Notes: generated by a model not told the origin, from the sequence alone. DNA of 64,000 nucleotides from an uncultured Gammaproteobacteria bacterium (GCA_963748215.1 CAVVHS010000006.1:256001-320000); one strand, 5' to 3'; positions 1 through 11,259 are shown, numbered from the stretch's first letter. Numbers and translations are program-made.

Positions 1-381
1 AAGCCGATCGAGGATGTCGAGAACATGCTGGGTCTCAATGAACGCATCGCCTCGACCGACAGCAGTATTCTCAACGACCCGTCCCGAACGCTGATCGACA
101 CCATCGCCGACGATCATGCGGCTGACCCGTCGGACTCGATCGCCGACGAGGATATCCACGTCAATATCGAGGACTGCATGGCGCAGCTCAGCGACAAGCA
201 GCGCGAGGTGGTGGAACGCCGCTTCGGACTGCATGGCTACTCGGTCTCCACCCTGGAAGAGGTCGGTGCGGAGATCGGCGTCACGCGCGAGCGCGTGAGG
301 CAGATCCAGATGGATGCGCTCAAGAAACTCAAGAAGATACTCGAGCAGGAAGGGATCTCGTTCGAGTCGCTGCTGAAATAA
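1..381 (+). CDS. rpoS: RNA polymerase sigma factor RpoS, C-terminal part (5' truncated by window)
   Basis: Sigma70 region 4: KQREVVERRFGLHGY..TLEEVGAEIGVTRERVRQIQ; LGLNERIAS and the EQEGISFESLL tail are RpoS-like. Confidence 0.88.
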   Translation, partial: KPIEDVENMLGLNERIASTDSSILNDPSRTLIDTIADDHAADPSDSIADEDIHVNIEDCMAQLSDKQREVVERRFGLHGYSVSTLEEVGAEIGVTRERVRQIQMDALKKLKKILEQEGISFESLLK

Positions 382-405
382 TCGTCCCGCGCCGGGACGC
401 GACGG
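382..405 (+). terminator. Possible hairpin after rpoS
   Basis: GTCCCG-CGC-CGGGAC stem just after the stop; no U-tract on the + strand. Confidence 0.3.
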
Positions 406-677
406 CGCAAGGAAAAAACGAGAAGTCAAAGTGTTCTCCGAGTCATGAACCGGCGCATTTTCGATGGAAATGATCACCCGTGCCGCGATGCACAGAGCTC
501 ATGAAACTACGGATATGCAAGGTGTTTGCGGATCTGTCTGCTCCGCCTGGCAGTCGTTATGTCTTTCTGCAGTGCAGTAATTCAGGATTTCAGGAAATGT
601 GAGCCACAATTCGCTCATCGCATTAACGAGGCCTGCCGGGCGGAAAATCCTGTCACGCCTGCTGCCTGGACAAAAGA

Positions 678-1145
678 ATGACACGCAATAGGGGGGATGT
701 TATCAACGATGAGGCCGGTGGTGGTGTTCACTGGAGTTTCTGGGCAATCGGCGCTGTCGCGCTGGTCTGGAATGTAATGGGCGTCATGAATTATTTCGTA
801 CAGATGAATCCGGACGCACTCGCCTCCTTTCCCGAGACGCATCGCGCGATCATCGAAGGTCGACCCGCATGGGCCACGGGAGGTTTTGCGATAGCCGTTT
901 TCGGCGGCGTGCTTGGCTGCCTTCTGCTTCTGCTCAGAAAGTCGATCGCATATTATTTGTTTGTCGCATCGCTGCTTGGCGTGATTGTGACAATGATCCA
1001 TACCCTTGGCGTTGCCCGTTCGGCCATCGACTTCGGTCCCTTCGAGATATTCATGATGATCCTGATGCCGCTGATTGTGGCGGCATTTTTAATCTGGTAT
1101 TCGAGGCTGGCCGGGAGCAAGGGCTGGCTCAGTCGGGAACGGTAG
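678..1145 (+). CDS. Hypothetical four-TM membrane protein
   Basis: Four hydrophobic segments; FWAIGAVALVWNVMG and PAWATGGFAIAVFGG pattern. Confidence 0.7.
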   Translation: MTRNRGDVINDEAGGGVHWSFWAIGAVALVWNVMGVMNYFVQMNPDALASFPETHRAIIEGRPAWATGGFAIAVFGGVLGCLLLLLRKSIAYYLFVASLLGVIVTMIHTLGVARSAIDFGPFEIFMMILMPLIVAAFLIWYSRLAGSKGWLSRER

Positions 1146-1368
1146 ATGCCGGGTCAGGACAGGCATGGCAAGTCGATCCGGCTGGCAGTCAACAGCATCG
1201 TGATTTTACAGGGCTGTACGATGGATATTTTTCGCCTGCAGTCGGTCACAGGTGTTATGCGGCAAGGATTGCAAACCAAAGAGAGGACAGCCCTGATGGC
1301 TTATATTGACGGATTTGTTGCAGCTTTTTAGTGATATATTGATCTGCCTGAGAGACTGGAGAACGTTC

Positions 1369-2043
1369 GTGGATATCAGCTTGACACCCCATGAGGCCCG
1401 CGTGATCGGTTGCCTGCTTGAAAAGCAGCGCACCACCCCGGAACAGTACCCGCTATCGCTCAATGCACTCACCAGTGCCTGCAACCAGAAGACCAATCGC
1501 GACCCGGTGCTGCAGCTCGACGAGACGACGGTGCAGGACACTATCGACATCCTGATCAAGAAACACTATGTCAGCGAGAAGAGCGGTTTCGGCAGTCGCG
1601 TCACCAAGTATCAGCACCGGTTCTGCAATACCGAGTTCGGTACGCTGAAGTTCTCCGAGCAGGAGCTCGGCGTCGTGTGTGTGCTGTTGTTGCGCGGGCC
1701 CCAGACGCCGGGCGAACTGCGCACTCGCGCCGAACGGTTGTGCAAATTCCAGGACATTCACGAGGTCGAGTCTGTGCTCGATCAGCTCATGCGGCGGGGC
1801 GATGGCCCCTTCGTGGTACAGCTTCCCCGCGAACCGGGAAAGCGTGAGGCCCGCTTTGTGCACCTGTTTGGCGGTGAGCCGGATATTCGCGAGGCTGTGG
1901 CGCCTGGCGGTGCGGGGACGGCCGGGACCAGCATGGAGGCTGACCGCGTGGAACGGCTTGAGCAGCAGTTCGATGCGTTGCGCGACGAGGTGGCAGCGCT
2001 CAAGGCGCGGCTTGAACGGCTTTCGCCTGATCCCGATGTGTGA
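1369..2043 (+). CDS. YceH/DUF480 family protein
   Basis: [37 protein letters not shown] and [13 protein letters not shown] motifs; GTG start at 1369 after GGAGA. Confidence 0.9.
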   Translation: MDISLTPHEARVIGCLLEKQRTTPEQYPLSLNALTSACNQKTNRDPVLQLDETTVQDTIDILIKKHYVSEKSGFGSRVTKYQHRFCNTEFGTLKFSEQELGVVCVLLLRGPQTPGELRTRAERLCKFQDIHEVESVLDQLMRRGDGPFVVQLPREPGKREARFVHLFGGEPDIREAVAPGGAGTAGTSMEADRVERLEQQFDALRDEVAALKARLERLSPDPDV

Positions 2044-2173
2044 GAACAAGCCGCGGCAGGGTTGAGTTATCACGGGTTTCGCTGCGCAAAACCGGCCAGG
2101 CCATGATGGAGAACAGGTTATTCCATGTTCCCTGTAGCAGTTTGTCAGCGGCGTGAAATATTTCAGGCTTTAT

Positions 2174-2887
2174 TTATGGCCTGGCGAATACCTGGGTCCA
2201 GTAAATCGGGTAATCGGAGCCGGTGACAAGGTAGCTCGCCGCGCCGAATTCCGTGTACGTCGAGCGCATGATGTTTATGCAATGGCCGGGGCTGTCGAGC
2301 CAGGCCGTCATCACCGCGGTGATATTCTGCTGGCCGGCGGCAATGTTCTCGCCCACGGCAGACCAGTTGTAGCCGGCGTTGCCGACCCGGTTGGCTACTG
2401 TCAAGCCATCCGATCCGGTATGGCTGAAGAAGTTGTAATCACCCATGTCGCGGCTGTGTCCATTGGCCACGTCCTCCAGCGTGCAATGCCAGCTCAACGC
2501 GGCCGTGGCCGGGTAGGTCACGCTGCCGCAATTTCGTGACATGGATCTGGCATCGTTCACTTGTGTCAGCATCTCCTTGTCTGTATCCGACATGCACTGG
2601 TTAATGACCGCCTGCGCTGTGCTGCCAAGATTATACGAGCTATTGCCACCGCTTGGCGGGGGCGCGGTGGGTGGGCTCGAGGATGCCGGTGGCGACTGAA
2701 TGGAACCCCCGGTATCCTGGGTGAGCGTGCTGCCTGACACCGTCGAGCCGGATGAACCGCCGCAGGCAGCAAGCAGCGCGGAGAGGGCGCAGATGCAAAG
2801 CATGGTCAGTGGTGTTCGTAATGACAGATACGACACACGCACCGGAGAGGTAACAAGACAGCTGGATTCCGGGAAGCGGATTTTCAT
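2174..2887 (-). CDS. CAP/SCP-domain lipoprotein
   Basis: Lipobox LAAC, Ser/Pro linker, HSRDM..FFSHTGSDG, GENIAAG, WLDSPGHC; true start may be the later Met. Confidence 0.85.
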   Translation of the reverse strand: MKIRFPESSCLVTSPVRVSYLSLRTPLTMLCICALSALLAACGGSSGSTVSGSTLTQDTGGSIQSPPASSSPPTAPPPSGGNSSYNLGSTAQAVINQCMSDTDKEMLTQVNDARSMSRNCGSVTYPATAALSWHCTLEDVANGHSRDMGDYNFFSHTGSDGLTVANRVGNAGYNWSAVGENIAAGQQNITAVMTAWLDSPGHCINIMRSTYTEFGAASYLVTGSDYPIYWTQVFARP

Positions 2888-2958
2888 GGCGATTCACTTC
2901 ATGGCCTGGGTTAAGTGGAGCAGAAACAGTGCCTGCACTGTGTGATGTATTCCCCGAT

Positions 2959-3131
2959 TTAAGGAAGCTCTGATTAATTCAATGCTCGTCATTCCGGCGC
3001 GAAGCCGGCCCCTGCGAAGGCTGGGGCCGGAATCCAGCAACAGCCTGAATTGTAACAGCTGGATTCCGGGTCTCTCCCCGGATCAAGTCCGGGGTTCGCC
3101 CGGAATGACGGATTAATCAGAGTTTCCTTAA
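2959..3131. mobile_element. MITE with IS5-like TIRs, TTAA flanks and REP-like internal cargo
   Basis: TTAA-GGAAGCTCTGATTAAT (2959-2978) ... ATTAATCAGAGTTTCC-TTAA (3112-3131), 15/16 inverted match; internal GTCATTCCGG..GGAATCCAG / CTGGATTCCG..CCGGAATGAC. Confidence 0.8.
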
Positions 3132-3250
3132 GAAATTCATGGCTGTTGCCTGATCTGGTATTGCATCCGGCGCCCTGGGTGAAAGTATGCAGTTCTGTAT
3201 GTTTTGCGGCCTGTTCCTTTTTTTCTTCATCTTTGTGCACAATATCAGGT

Positions 3251-3745
3251 TCAATGTGCGTTCTGGTTCATGCGGTCCACCAGTGCCATGCCGAGCGCGG
3301 ACAGCACGAAGGTCAGGTGAATGATCACGTACCACATCAGCTTGTCATTGCTGATGTTCTGCGCATTCATGAAGGCCTTCAGCAGATGGATGGAGGAGAT
3401 TGCGACGATCGAGGCGGCGACTTTCTGCTTGAGCGAGCCGGAGTCCAGTTTTCCCAGCCAGGAGAGTTTCTCGGTACCATCCGCAACATCGATGCGCGAG
3501 ACGAAGTTTTCGTAACCGCTCAGCATCACCATCACCAGCAGGCCGCCGACCAGCGCGATGTCCACCAGCGACAGCGTCACCAGCACCAGGTCAGCCTCCT
3601 TGAGCTCCAGCACGTGCGGCAGGGTGTGCAGTGCCTCCTGGAAAAATTTGATGCCGAGCAGCAGCAGGGCGATGCTCAGTCCCAGGTAGATCGGCGCCAG
3701 TATCCAGCGACTGGCGTACATGAGTCTTTCAAAAGTGCGTTCCAT
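3251..3745 (-). CDS. UPF0114/YqhA (TIGR00645) membrane protein
   Basis: [40 protein letters not shown]. Confidence 0.9.
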   Translation of the reverse strand: MERTFERLMYASRWILAPIYLGLSIALLLLGIKFFQEALHTLPHVLELKEADLVLVTLSLVDIALVGGLLVMVMLSGYENFVSRIDVADGTEKLSWLGKLDSGSLKQKVAASIVAISSIHLLKAFMNAQNISNDKLMWYVIIHLTFVLSALGMALVDRMNQNAH

Positions 3746-3933
3746 GATGATGGTCCGGTGTTGCCCTAAAGGGCGTTATTGTAGAGGAAACCTTGCGGCG
3801 TGCTATCGGGTGCACGTCGCGGGGGCAGCGCCGATTGAGCTTGCCTGGTACGTTATTCAAGGCACTCTCACCGGGAATTCAATCGACGCGGACATCTTGT
3901 TGCAGTTCGCGGGCTTGCCGCATCCTGCCTCCG

Positions 3934-4299
3934 CTATCCCTGCAGCAGCGCCAGCAATACCTTGCGGTCTTCCGAGAGCAGTACGTTGAAGGTGCGGAGG
4001 GCGGCATCATTCGCCATGACCTCGATGCCGATGCCGCGGCGCTGGATACTGGCCAGCAGCCGTGGCGCCGGGAAGGCGATGGTCGTGCCGGTGCCGAGAA
4101 TGATAATGCCGGGCTGATGGGCGACGAGCAGCTCGAGGTGCCGCTCCTCCAGATCGGCGAGGCTGCCGGGCGGCCAGGCTTCGACACTCTCGGCCGTGAC
4201 CAGCACGCTGGTGCTGATGAGCCGGTCGTTGATGACGATGCCCTGCTCGCTGTAGTAGCGGATGCCGTTGCCGCCGCCGGTGTCCTGGTTGAAGCGCAT
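3934..4299 (-). CDS. Mth938-like (DUF498) protein
   Basis: IIILGTG, GIGIEVM..AALRTFNVLLSEDRKV; ATG at 4299. Confidence 0.85.
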   Translation of the reverse strand: MRFNQDTGGGNGIRYYSEQGIVINDRLISTSVLVTAESVEAWPPGSLADLEERHLELLVAHQPGIIILGTGTTIAFPAPRLLASIQRRGIGIEVMANDAALRTFNVLLSEDRKVLLALLQG

Positions 4300-4328
4300 G
4301 CGGCAACGATAGCATGGTGGAATCACAT

Positions 4329-4433
4329 GGGGTCAGAGACAGTTGATTTGCAGTGGACGGGTGTCATTGAACGAGTCTCCAGCAAAATCAACTGACTCTG
4401 ACCCCGCGATGCCAAATCAATCGACTCTTACCC
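4329..4433. repeat. GGGGTCAGA-type REP-like inverted pair plus third degenerate copy
   Basis: GGGGTCAGAGACAGTTGATTTG (4329-4350) / AAATCAACTGACTCTGACCCC (to 4405); AAATCAATCGACTCTTACCC (to 4433). Confidence 0.7.
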
Positions 4434-4531
4434 TGGAACCTCTTGTTTCCCCACGCGCTTTTGAGTACCGTAGGCAGTCTCAAGAGAGTGCAGTAATTAC
4501 TTCATAAACAAGGAAATAACCGGTTACCAGC

Positions 4532-5743
4532 GTGATACAGGAATTCGCCCGCATCAAGCGGCTGCCACCTTACGTTTTCAATATTGTCAATGAGTTGAAG
4601 GCGCAGGCACGTGCGCGAGGCGAGGATATCATCGATTTCGGCATGGGTAATCCGGATCAGCCCACGCCGCAGCATATCGTCGACAAGCTGATCGAGACGG
4701 CACAGCGCGGAGACACCCACCGCTACTCGCTGTCGCGCGGCATCCCGCGCCTGCGCAAGGCGATCTGTGACTGGTACAAGCGGCGCTACGACGTGGACCT
4801 CGACCCGGAGCGCAATGCCATCGTCACCATCGGTTCCAAGGAGGGCCTGGCGCACCTGGCGCTGGCCACCGTCGGTCCCGGCGATGCCGTGCTGGTGCCG
4901 AACCCCGCCTATCCGATTCACCCTTACGGCTTCGCCATCGCCGGGGCGGATATCCGCCATGTGCCGCTGGGCCCGAAACTGGATGACTTCTTCGAGGAAC
5001 TGGAGAAGGCCATCAAGGACTCCTGGCCGAAACCGAAGATGCTGGTGCTGAATTTCCCCGGCAATCCGACCACGCAGTGCGTCGAGCTGGATTTCTTCGA
5101 AAAGGTGGTCGCAATCGCGCGCGAAAACGAAATCTGGGTGATCCAGGACCTCGCCTATGCCGACCTGGTGTTCGACGGCTACCAGGCACCCTCCATCCTG
5201 CAGGTCGAGGGTGCCAAGGATGTCGCGGTGGAATTCTTTTCATTGTCCAAGAGCTACAACATGCCGGGCTGGCGGGTCGGCTTCATGTGCGGCAACGAAA
5301 CGCTGGTCGCCGCACTGGCGCGCATCAAGTCCTATCTCGACTACGGCATGTTCACGCCCATCCAGGTGGCGGCGATCGCCGCGCTGGAAGGACCGCAGGA
5401 CTGTGTGCGAGAGATTCGCGAAATGTACGAGGAGCGCCGCGACGTGCTGTGCGACGGGCTCAATGCGCTGGGCTGGCCGGTGGAGAAACCGAAGGCGACC
5501 ATGTTCGTCTGGGCGCGCATCCCGGAACAGTATCGTGCCATGGGCTCGCTGGAGTTTTCCAAGAAGCTGCTGGGCGAGGCCAAGGTCGCCGTCTCGCCCG
5601 GCATCGGCTTCGGCGAATACGGCGACGAATACGTGCGCTTCGGGCTGATCGAGAACCTGCATCGCACGCGCCAGGCGATCCGCTGCATCAAGGACATGTT
5701 CCGCCGCGACCTGGGCCAGGCCGCGCAAGTCTCTGGAGGATAA
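4532..5743 (+). CDS. alaC: Alanine transaminase (class I PLP aminotransferase)
   Basis: [34 protein letters not shown]; conserved alaC-hom-thrC order. Confidence 0.92.
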   Translation: MIQEFARIKRLPPYVFNIVNELKAQARARGEDIIDFGMGNPDQPTPQHIVDKLIETAQRGDTHRYSLSRGIPRLRKAICDWYKRRYDVDLDPERNAIVTIGSKEGLAHLALATVGPGDAVLVPNPAYPIHPYGFAIAGADIRHVPLGPKLDDFFEELEKAIKDSWPKPKMLVLNFPGNPTTQCVELDFFEKVVAIARENEIWVIQDLAYADLVFDGYQAPSILQVEGAKDVAVEFFSLSKSYNMPGWRVGFMCGNETLVAALARIKSYLDYGMFTPIQVAAIAALEGPQDCVREIREMYEERRDVLCDGLNALGWPVEKPKATMFVWARIPEQYRAMGSLEFSKKLLGEAKVAVSPGIGFGEYGDEYVRFGLIENLHRTRQAIRCIKDMFRRDLGQAAQVSGG

Positions 5744-5746
5744 TCA

Positions 5747-7064
5747 GTGAAACCGGTGAATGTTGGCCTGCTGGGCCTGGGCACAGTGGGCGGGGGTACG
5801 TTTAACGTGCTCAACCGCAATGCGGATGAAATTACCCGGCGTGCCGGGCGCGGCATCCGCATCACGCATGCCGCGGCGCGTGACTATGACCCCAGTCACC
5901 TGCCGGGCCTGGACAGGATCAAGGTCACCGAGGATGCCTTCGCCGTGGTGGACGATCCCGATATCCAGATTATCGTGGAACTGATCGGTGGCTACGAGCC
6001 GGCGCGGGAACTGGTGCTGAAGGCGATCGCCAATGGCAAGCACGTGGTCACCGCGAACAAGGCGCTGATTGCGAAACATGGCAACGAGATTTTCGCCGCC
6101 GCGCAGGAGCGAGGGCGTGATGGTGGCCTTCGAGGCCGCGGTCGCCGGCGGCATTCCGATCATCAAGGCCATCCGCGAGGGGCTGGCGGCGAACCAGATC
6201 ATGTGGCTCGCCGGCATCATCAACGGCACCGGCAACTTCATCCTGACCGAGATGCGCGACAAGGGCCGCGATTTCGATGACGTGCTGAAGGAGGCGCAGG
6301 CGCTGGGCTATGCCGAGGCCGACCCGACCTTCGACGTCGAGGGCATCGATGCCGCACACAAGCTCACCATCCTGGCGTCGATCGCGTTCGGCATCCCGCT
6401 GCAGTTCGAGAAGGTCTACACCGAGGGTATCAGCCGCATCACGCGCGAGGATGTCGGTTATGCGGAGCAGTTCGGTTACCGCATCAAGCATCTCGGCTTC
6501 ACGCGCCGCACCGACCAGGGTATCGAGATGCGCGTGCACCCGACGCTGATCCCGGAACGGCGCCTGATCGCCAATGTCGACGGCGTGATGAATGCGGTGC
6601 TGGTCAACGCCGACGCGGTCGGTCCGACCCTTTACTACGGCGCCGGTGCCGGCGCCGAGCCGACTGCTTCCGCTGTGGTCGCCGACATCATCGACGTGAC
6701 GCGCACCCTGACGGTGGACCCGTAGAACCGCGTGCCGCATCTGGCATTCCAGCCGGGCTCGATCGCGGACATGCCGGTGCTGCCGATGGAAGACGTGTCG
6801 ACGGCGTACTACCTGCGCATGCAGGTGACCGACAAGCCCGGCGTGATGGCAGACGTGGCGCGCATTCTCGGCGACGCCGGCATCAGTATCGAGGCAATCC
6901 TGCAGAAGGAACCGGCGCCGGACGCGGACAAGGCGTCGATCATCCTGCTCACGCACGTGGTGCAGGAACGCCAGATGAATGCGGCGATCGCCAAAATCGA
7001 GGCGCTGGACAGCATCCACGGCGCCGTGATGCGCATCCGGCTGGAACACCTGAGCGTTAACTAG
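5747..7064 (+). CDS. hom: Homoserine dehydrogenase with ACT domain (apparent frameshift ~6110, in-frame TAG 6723-6725)
   Basis: GLGTVGGG, VVTANKAL, FEAAVAGGIPIIK, GYAEADPTFDVEGIDAAHK and C-terminal ACT split over three ORFs. Confidence 0.9.
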
Positions 7065-7082
7065 CATTTGGATTAAATGCCT

Positions 7083-7294
7083 CGCGCAGAGACGCAGAGA
7101 ACGCAAAGCTATAATCTTCTGTCACATGCATGACAGGAATGATTCCTGATGACATGAATTGTTATGACATCGGATTCCACAGACACTTTGCGAGCACGGG
7201 GTTGCCAGCAATAAAACTGGACAATAGCCGGTTTTTCTCTGCGCCTCTGCGTCTCTGCGCTAGATTACACTGTTACGATTACGCCTCTGCGCGA
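7083..7294. repeat. CGCAGAG-type inverted-repeat element between hom and thrC
   Basis: CGCGCAGAGACGCAGAG (7083) vs CTCTGCGCCTCTGCGTCTCTGCGC (7237-7260) and CGCCTCTGCGCGA (7282-7294). Confidence 0.6.
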
Positions 7295-7320
7295 AGTCAT
7301 GTACGAAAAAGGAAATTGCC

Positions 7321-8451
7321 ATGCCAGAATCGAATCGCTACACCGGGCTGATCGAACGTTACCGCGACCGTCTGCCGGTCAAGGACAGCACGCGGCTGAT
7401 CAGCCTGGGCGAGGGCAACACGCCCCTGATCAAACTGGAGAACATCCCCGCCGCGCTGGGCAAGCACGTCGACATGTACATCAAGTACGAGGGTCTCAAC
7501 CCGACCGGCTCGTTCAAGGACCGCGGCATGACCATGGCGGTGACGCAGGCAGTGGCCGAGGGCAGCCGCGCCATCATCTGCGCGTCCACCGGCAACACCT
7601 CGGCCGCCGCTGCCGCCTACGCGGCGCGGGCCGGCATTACCGCCTTCGTGCTGATTCCTGAAGGCAAGATCGCGCTCGGCAAGCTGGCACAGGCCATGAT
7701 CCATGGCGCGGTGGTGATCCAGATCCGCGGCAACTTCGATGCCGGCATGTCGCTGGTCAAGGAAGTCGCCACGCAGGCGCCGGTGACCATCGTCAATTCC
7801 ATCAATCCGTACCGTCTGCAGGGTCAGAAAACCGCGGCCTTCGAGATCGTGGACGAACTCGGCCATGCGCCGGACTATCACTGCCTGCCGGTCGGCAATG
7901 CCGGCAACATCACCGCACACTGGATTGGCTACAGCGAATACGCCGCGCAGAATACCGCCGCATGCGCCTACTGCGACGGCACCTGCCAGTACCAGCGGCC
8001 GGCGGTCACCGGCGCCCGCCCGGTCATGGTGGGTTACCAGGCCGCCGGTGCCGCGCCCTTCATGCGCGGGCATATGGTCGATAACCCGGAGACCGTCGCC
8101 ACCGCCATCCGCATCGGCCACCCGCAGTCCTGGGAGCGTGCCTGGGAAGTGCAGAAGGAGTCCGGCGGCTGGTTCGACGAGTGCACCGACGAGCTGATCC
8201 TTGCGGCGCAGAAGCTGCTGACCGAAAAGGAAGGTATCTTCTGCGAGCCGGCCTCGGCCACCTCCGTTGCCGGCGCCATGCGCGACATTCAGTCCGGGCG
8301 CATCCCCGAGGGCAGCTCCGTGGTGTGTACACTGACCGGGCACGGCCTGAAGGATCCGGACACCGCGATCAAGCAGTGCCAGGGCGACATGCTGACCGTG
8401 GATGCGGAACTCGGCGCGGTGCAGGCGGCGATCATGGCCAACCTGTCCTGA
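7321..8451 (+). CDS. thrC: Threonine synthase
   Basis: [44 protein letters not shown]. Confidence 0.95.
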   Translation: MPESNRYTGLIERYRDRLPVKDSTRLISLGEGNTPLIKLENIPAALGKHVDMYIKYEGLNPTGSFKDRGMTMAVTQAVAEGSRAIICASTGNTSAAAAAYAARAGITAFVLIPEGKIALGKLAQAMIHGAVVIQIRGNFDAGMSLVKEVATQAPVTIVNSINPYRLQGQKTAAFEIVDELGHAPDYHCLPVGNAGNITAHWIGYSEYAAQNTAACAYCDGTCQYQRPAVTGARPVMVGYQAAGAAPFMRGHMVDNPETVATAIRIGHPQSWERAWEVQKESGGWFDECTDELILAAQKLLTEKEGIFCEPASATSVAGAMRDIQSGRIPEGSSVVCTLTGHGLKDPDTAIKQCQGDMLTVDAELGAVQAAIMANLS

Positions 8452-8458
8452 TTCGCGG

Positions 8459-9496
8459 GTGGCTGCCGACGTTGACCAGCTTGTCCTGCTGATCCCGGGC
8501 CTGGCCGGCCCGGTCGTCGATCGCTCCGTCACCGATTACATCGAGACCCGGCCGGCCGCACTGGACCGGCTGCTGTCGCGCAGCACCGTCGAGACCGTGC
8601 CCTATACCGGGATGGAGACGGCGCTGTGTCACCTGTTCGGTGTGCCTGCGACTGACACACCGCCTGTCGCGCCCCTGAGCTACCTGGCCGACAGCGGCAA
8701 GGCGCCGACGCATTACCTGTTGCGGGCAGACCCGGTGCACCTGCGTGCCGACCAGAGCCGCCTGCGCCTGTTCGAGTCGCACAGTTTTTTCATCACGCAG
8801 GACGAGGCCGATGCGCTGGTGGCCAGTATCAACGAATTCAATGCCGCGCAGGACTGGCAGCTGGGCGCGCTGCACCCGCAACGCTGGTATCTGAGCCTGC
8901 CCATGGCGCCGGACCTGCAGACCACACCGCCCGCGCAGGCGGCAGGTCTGGATATCGATACCCTGCTGCCGCAGGGCGGGGACGCCGGCCGCTGGGCCGC
9001 CGTGCTGAACGAGGTGCAGATGCTGTTGCACGAGCACCCGGTCAACCAGGCGCGCGAACAGCGCGGCGAGCCGGTCATCAACAGCCTGTGGCTGTGGGGC
9101 GGCGGGGTGTTGCCGCTATCGGTGCAGGCCCGGGTGGACGCGGTCTACGCCGATGATGCCCTGGCGCTGGGACTGGCGCGACATGCCGGCATCGGCGGCC
9201 ACGCCGTGCCGGAGTATGTGGGTGATCTACTGTCAGACGATACTGGCCGGAACCGCCTGCTGGTACTCGACAGCCTGACCTGGCCGGCGCACTACAATGA
9301 CATCGAAGGCTGGCTGGTACAGCTCGGGGAATTGGAGAGGATCTGGATCATGCCACTGCAGAACGCGCTCAACAGCGGGCGCCTCGGGTCACTGGTCATC
9401 GAGACCTGCAACGGCCGGCGATTCAGTACCGATCGCAAGCGGCAGCGCGCCTTCTGGAAGCGGATGCGTCACTTCGAAGCGGTAGTGACGGGATGA
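8459..9496 (+). CDS. Cofactor-independent phosphoglycerate-mutase-like conserved protein
   Basis: LRADPVHL and NEVQMLLHEHPVNQARE..G..INSLWLWGGG; lies between thrC and recJ; GTG at 8459. Confidence 0.7.
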   Translation: MAADVDQLVLLIPGLAGPVVDRSVTDYIETRPAALDRLLSRSTVETVPYTGMETALCHLFGVPATDTPPVAPLSYLADSGKAPTHYLLRADPVHLRADQSRLRLFESHSFFITQDEADALVASINEFNAAQDWQLGALHPQRWYLSLPMAPDLQTTPPAQAAGLDIDTLLPQGGDAGRWAAVLNEVQMLLHEHPVNQAREQRGEPVINSLWLWGGGVLPLSVQARVDAVYADDALALGLARHAGIGGHAVPEYVGDLLSDDTGRNRLLVLDSLTWPAHYNDIEGWLVQLGELERIWIMPLQNALNSGRLGSLVIETCNGRRFSTDRKRQRAFWKRMRHFEAVVTG

Positions 9497-11259
9497 GCCG
9501 GCGCATCATCCGGCGGGAATTATCCGCGGTACCGGCTGACCTGCCGGCCGGGCTGCCCGACATCCTGCGCCGGATCTACACGTCGCGCGCGGTTGCCTCG
9601 GGCGCGGACCTCGATTATACCCTCGACAAACTGATCCCGCCGCAACAGCTGGGCGGACTGCAGTCCGCCGCCGCGTCTGCTGGCGCAGGCCATCAGCGAC
9701 CGGCAGCGTATCCTGATCGTCGGCGATTTCGACGCCGACGGCGCCACCAGCTGCGCGCTGTGCCTGCACGCACTGCGCGCCATGGGCGCGGGCGATGTCG
9801 ACTACCTGGTGCCGAACCGCTTCGAATACGGCTACGGCCTGACGCCGGAGATCGTCGCCGTCGCCGCCGGCGGCAGCCGGCGCTGATCATGACCGTGGAC
9901 AACGGCATCTCCAGCCTCGCCGGCGTGGCGGCGGCACGGCAGGCCGGCATCCGCGTCGTGATCACCGATCATCACCTGCCCGGTGCGGTACTGCCCGAGG
10001 CCGATGCCATCGTCAATCCGAACCTGCCGGGTGATTCCTTCCCCAGCAAGTCACTGGCCGGGGTCGGTGTCGCGTTCTACGTCATGCTGGCGCTGCGCGC
10101 GCACCTGCGCGAGTCGGGCTGGTTCGTGCAGCAGCGGCTGGCCGAACCCAACCTGGCGCAGTGGCTGGACCTGGTCGCACTCGGCACGGTGGCCGACGTG
10201 GTGCCGCTGGATCGCAACAACCGCATCCTGGTGCAGCAGGGCCTGGCACGGATTCGCGCCGGGCAATGCGTGCCCGGCATTCGCGCCCTGCTGGAAGCCG
10301 GTGGCCGCAATCCTGCGCGCACGGTGGCGGCCGACCTGGGGTTTGCAGTCGGTCCGCGCCTGAACGCGGCCGGGCGCCTCGACGACATGTCGCTGGGCAT
10401 CGAGTGCCTGCTGGCCGGGGATATGACGCGTGCACGCGCCATGGCCGCACAACTCGATGCCCTGAACCGCGACCGCAAGGAGATCGAGTCCGACATGCAG
10501 GCCCAGGCGCTGGTCGCGATCGGGCACCTCGAACTGCAGGAAAACAGCCTGCCGACCGGGCTGTGCCTGTTCGACCCGGACTGGCACCAGGGCGTGATCG
10601 GCATCCTCGCCGCACGCATCAAGGAGCGCGTGCACCGGCCGGTGATCGCCTTCGCACGCAGTGCCGACGGCGAGATCAAGGGCTCGGCACGTTCGATACC
10701 CGGCCTGCACATCCGCGATGCGCTCGATGCCGTGGCGTCGCGCCACCCGGAGCTGATCCGCAAGTTCGGCGGCCATGCCATGGCGGCCGGCCTGACGCTG
10801 GCGGAATGCGACTACGCGGCCTTTGCCGAGGCCTTCGATGCCGAGGTGTCGCGGCACCTCGGTGCCGACGACCTCGATTGCGTGCTGTACTCGGATGGCG
10901 CACTCGAGGGCGGCGACCTGTCACTGGCCACGGCGCAGGCGCTGCGCGACGCGGGGCCGTGGGGGCAGGGGTTTCCCGAGCCGCTGTTCGACGGCGAATT
11001 CGCCATCCTCGAACAGCGCGTGGTCGGTGCGCGGCACCTCAAACTGGTGCTGCAGGCCGGTGGCGGCACTGCGTGTATCGACGCCATCGCCTTCAACACC
11101 GGGCCGGTCCCGGCGGACTGCCGTCATGCACACCTGGCCTTCCGGCTGGACGTGAACGAATTCCGCGGCCAGCTCAGCCCGCAGCTGCGGGTCGAGTACC
11201 TGGAGCCGGTGCGCGACGCTGGCCGCGGCACACCAACAGTAGTATCATCTCGCGCCTGA
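9493..11259 (+). CDS. recJ: ssDNA exonuclease RecJ (compensating frameshifts ~9675 and ~9870)
   Basis: IVGDFDADG (alternate frame), TVDNG, ITDHH, GPRLNAAGRL, GSARS, GGHAMAAG. Confidence 0.92.
   Translation: MSRRIIRRELSAVPADLPAGLPDILRRIYTSRAVASGADLDYTLDKLIPPQQLGGLQSAAASAGAGHQRPAAYPDRRRFRRRRRHQLRAVPARTARHGRGRCRLPGAEPLRIRLRPDAGDRRRRRRRQPALIMTVDNGISSLAGVAAARQAGIRVVITDHHLPGAVLPEADAIVNPNLPGDSFPSKSLAGVGVAFYVMLALRAHLRESGWFVQQRLAEPNLAQWLDLVALGTVADVVPLDRNNRILVQQGLARIRAGQCVPGIRALLEAGGRNPARTVAADLGFAVGPRLNAAGRLDDMSLGIECLLAGDMTRARAMAAQLDALNRDRKEIESDMQAQALVAIGHLELQENSLPTGLCLFDPDWHQGVIGILAARIKERVHRPVIAFARSADGEIKGSARSIPGLHIRDALDAVASRHPELIRKFGGHAMAAGLTLAECDYAAFAEAFDAEVSRHLGADDLDCVLYSDGALEGGDLSLATAQALRDAGPWGQGFPEPLFDGEFAILEQRVVGARHLKLVLQAGGGTACIDAIAFNTGPVPADCRHAHLAFRLDVNEFRGQLSPQLRVEYLEPVRDAGRGTPTVVSSRA

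Noticed and set aside
6723-6725. In-frame TAG in hom as amber recoding or pyrrolysine
   Set aside because: It sits where GAG (DPENRVP) is expected, one base away. TAG ends hom, prfB, rnhA and dnaQ normally, and the region is error-prone.
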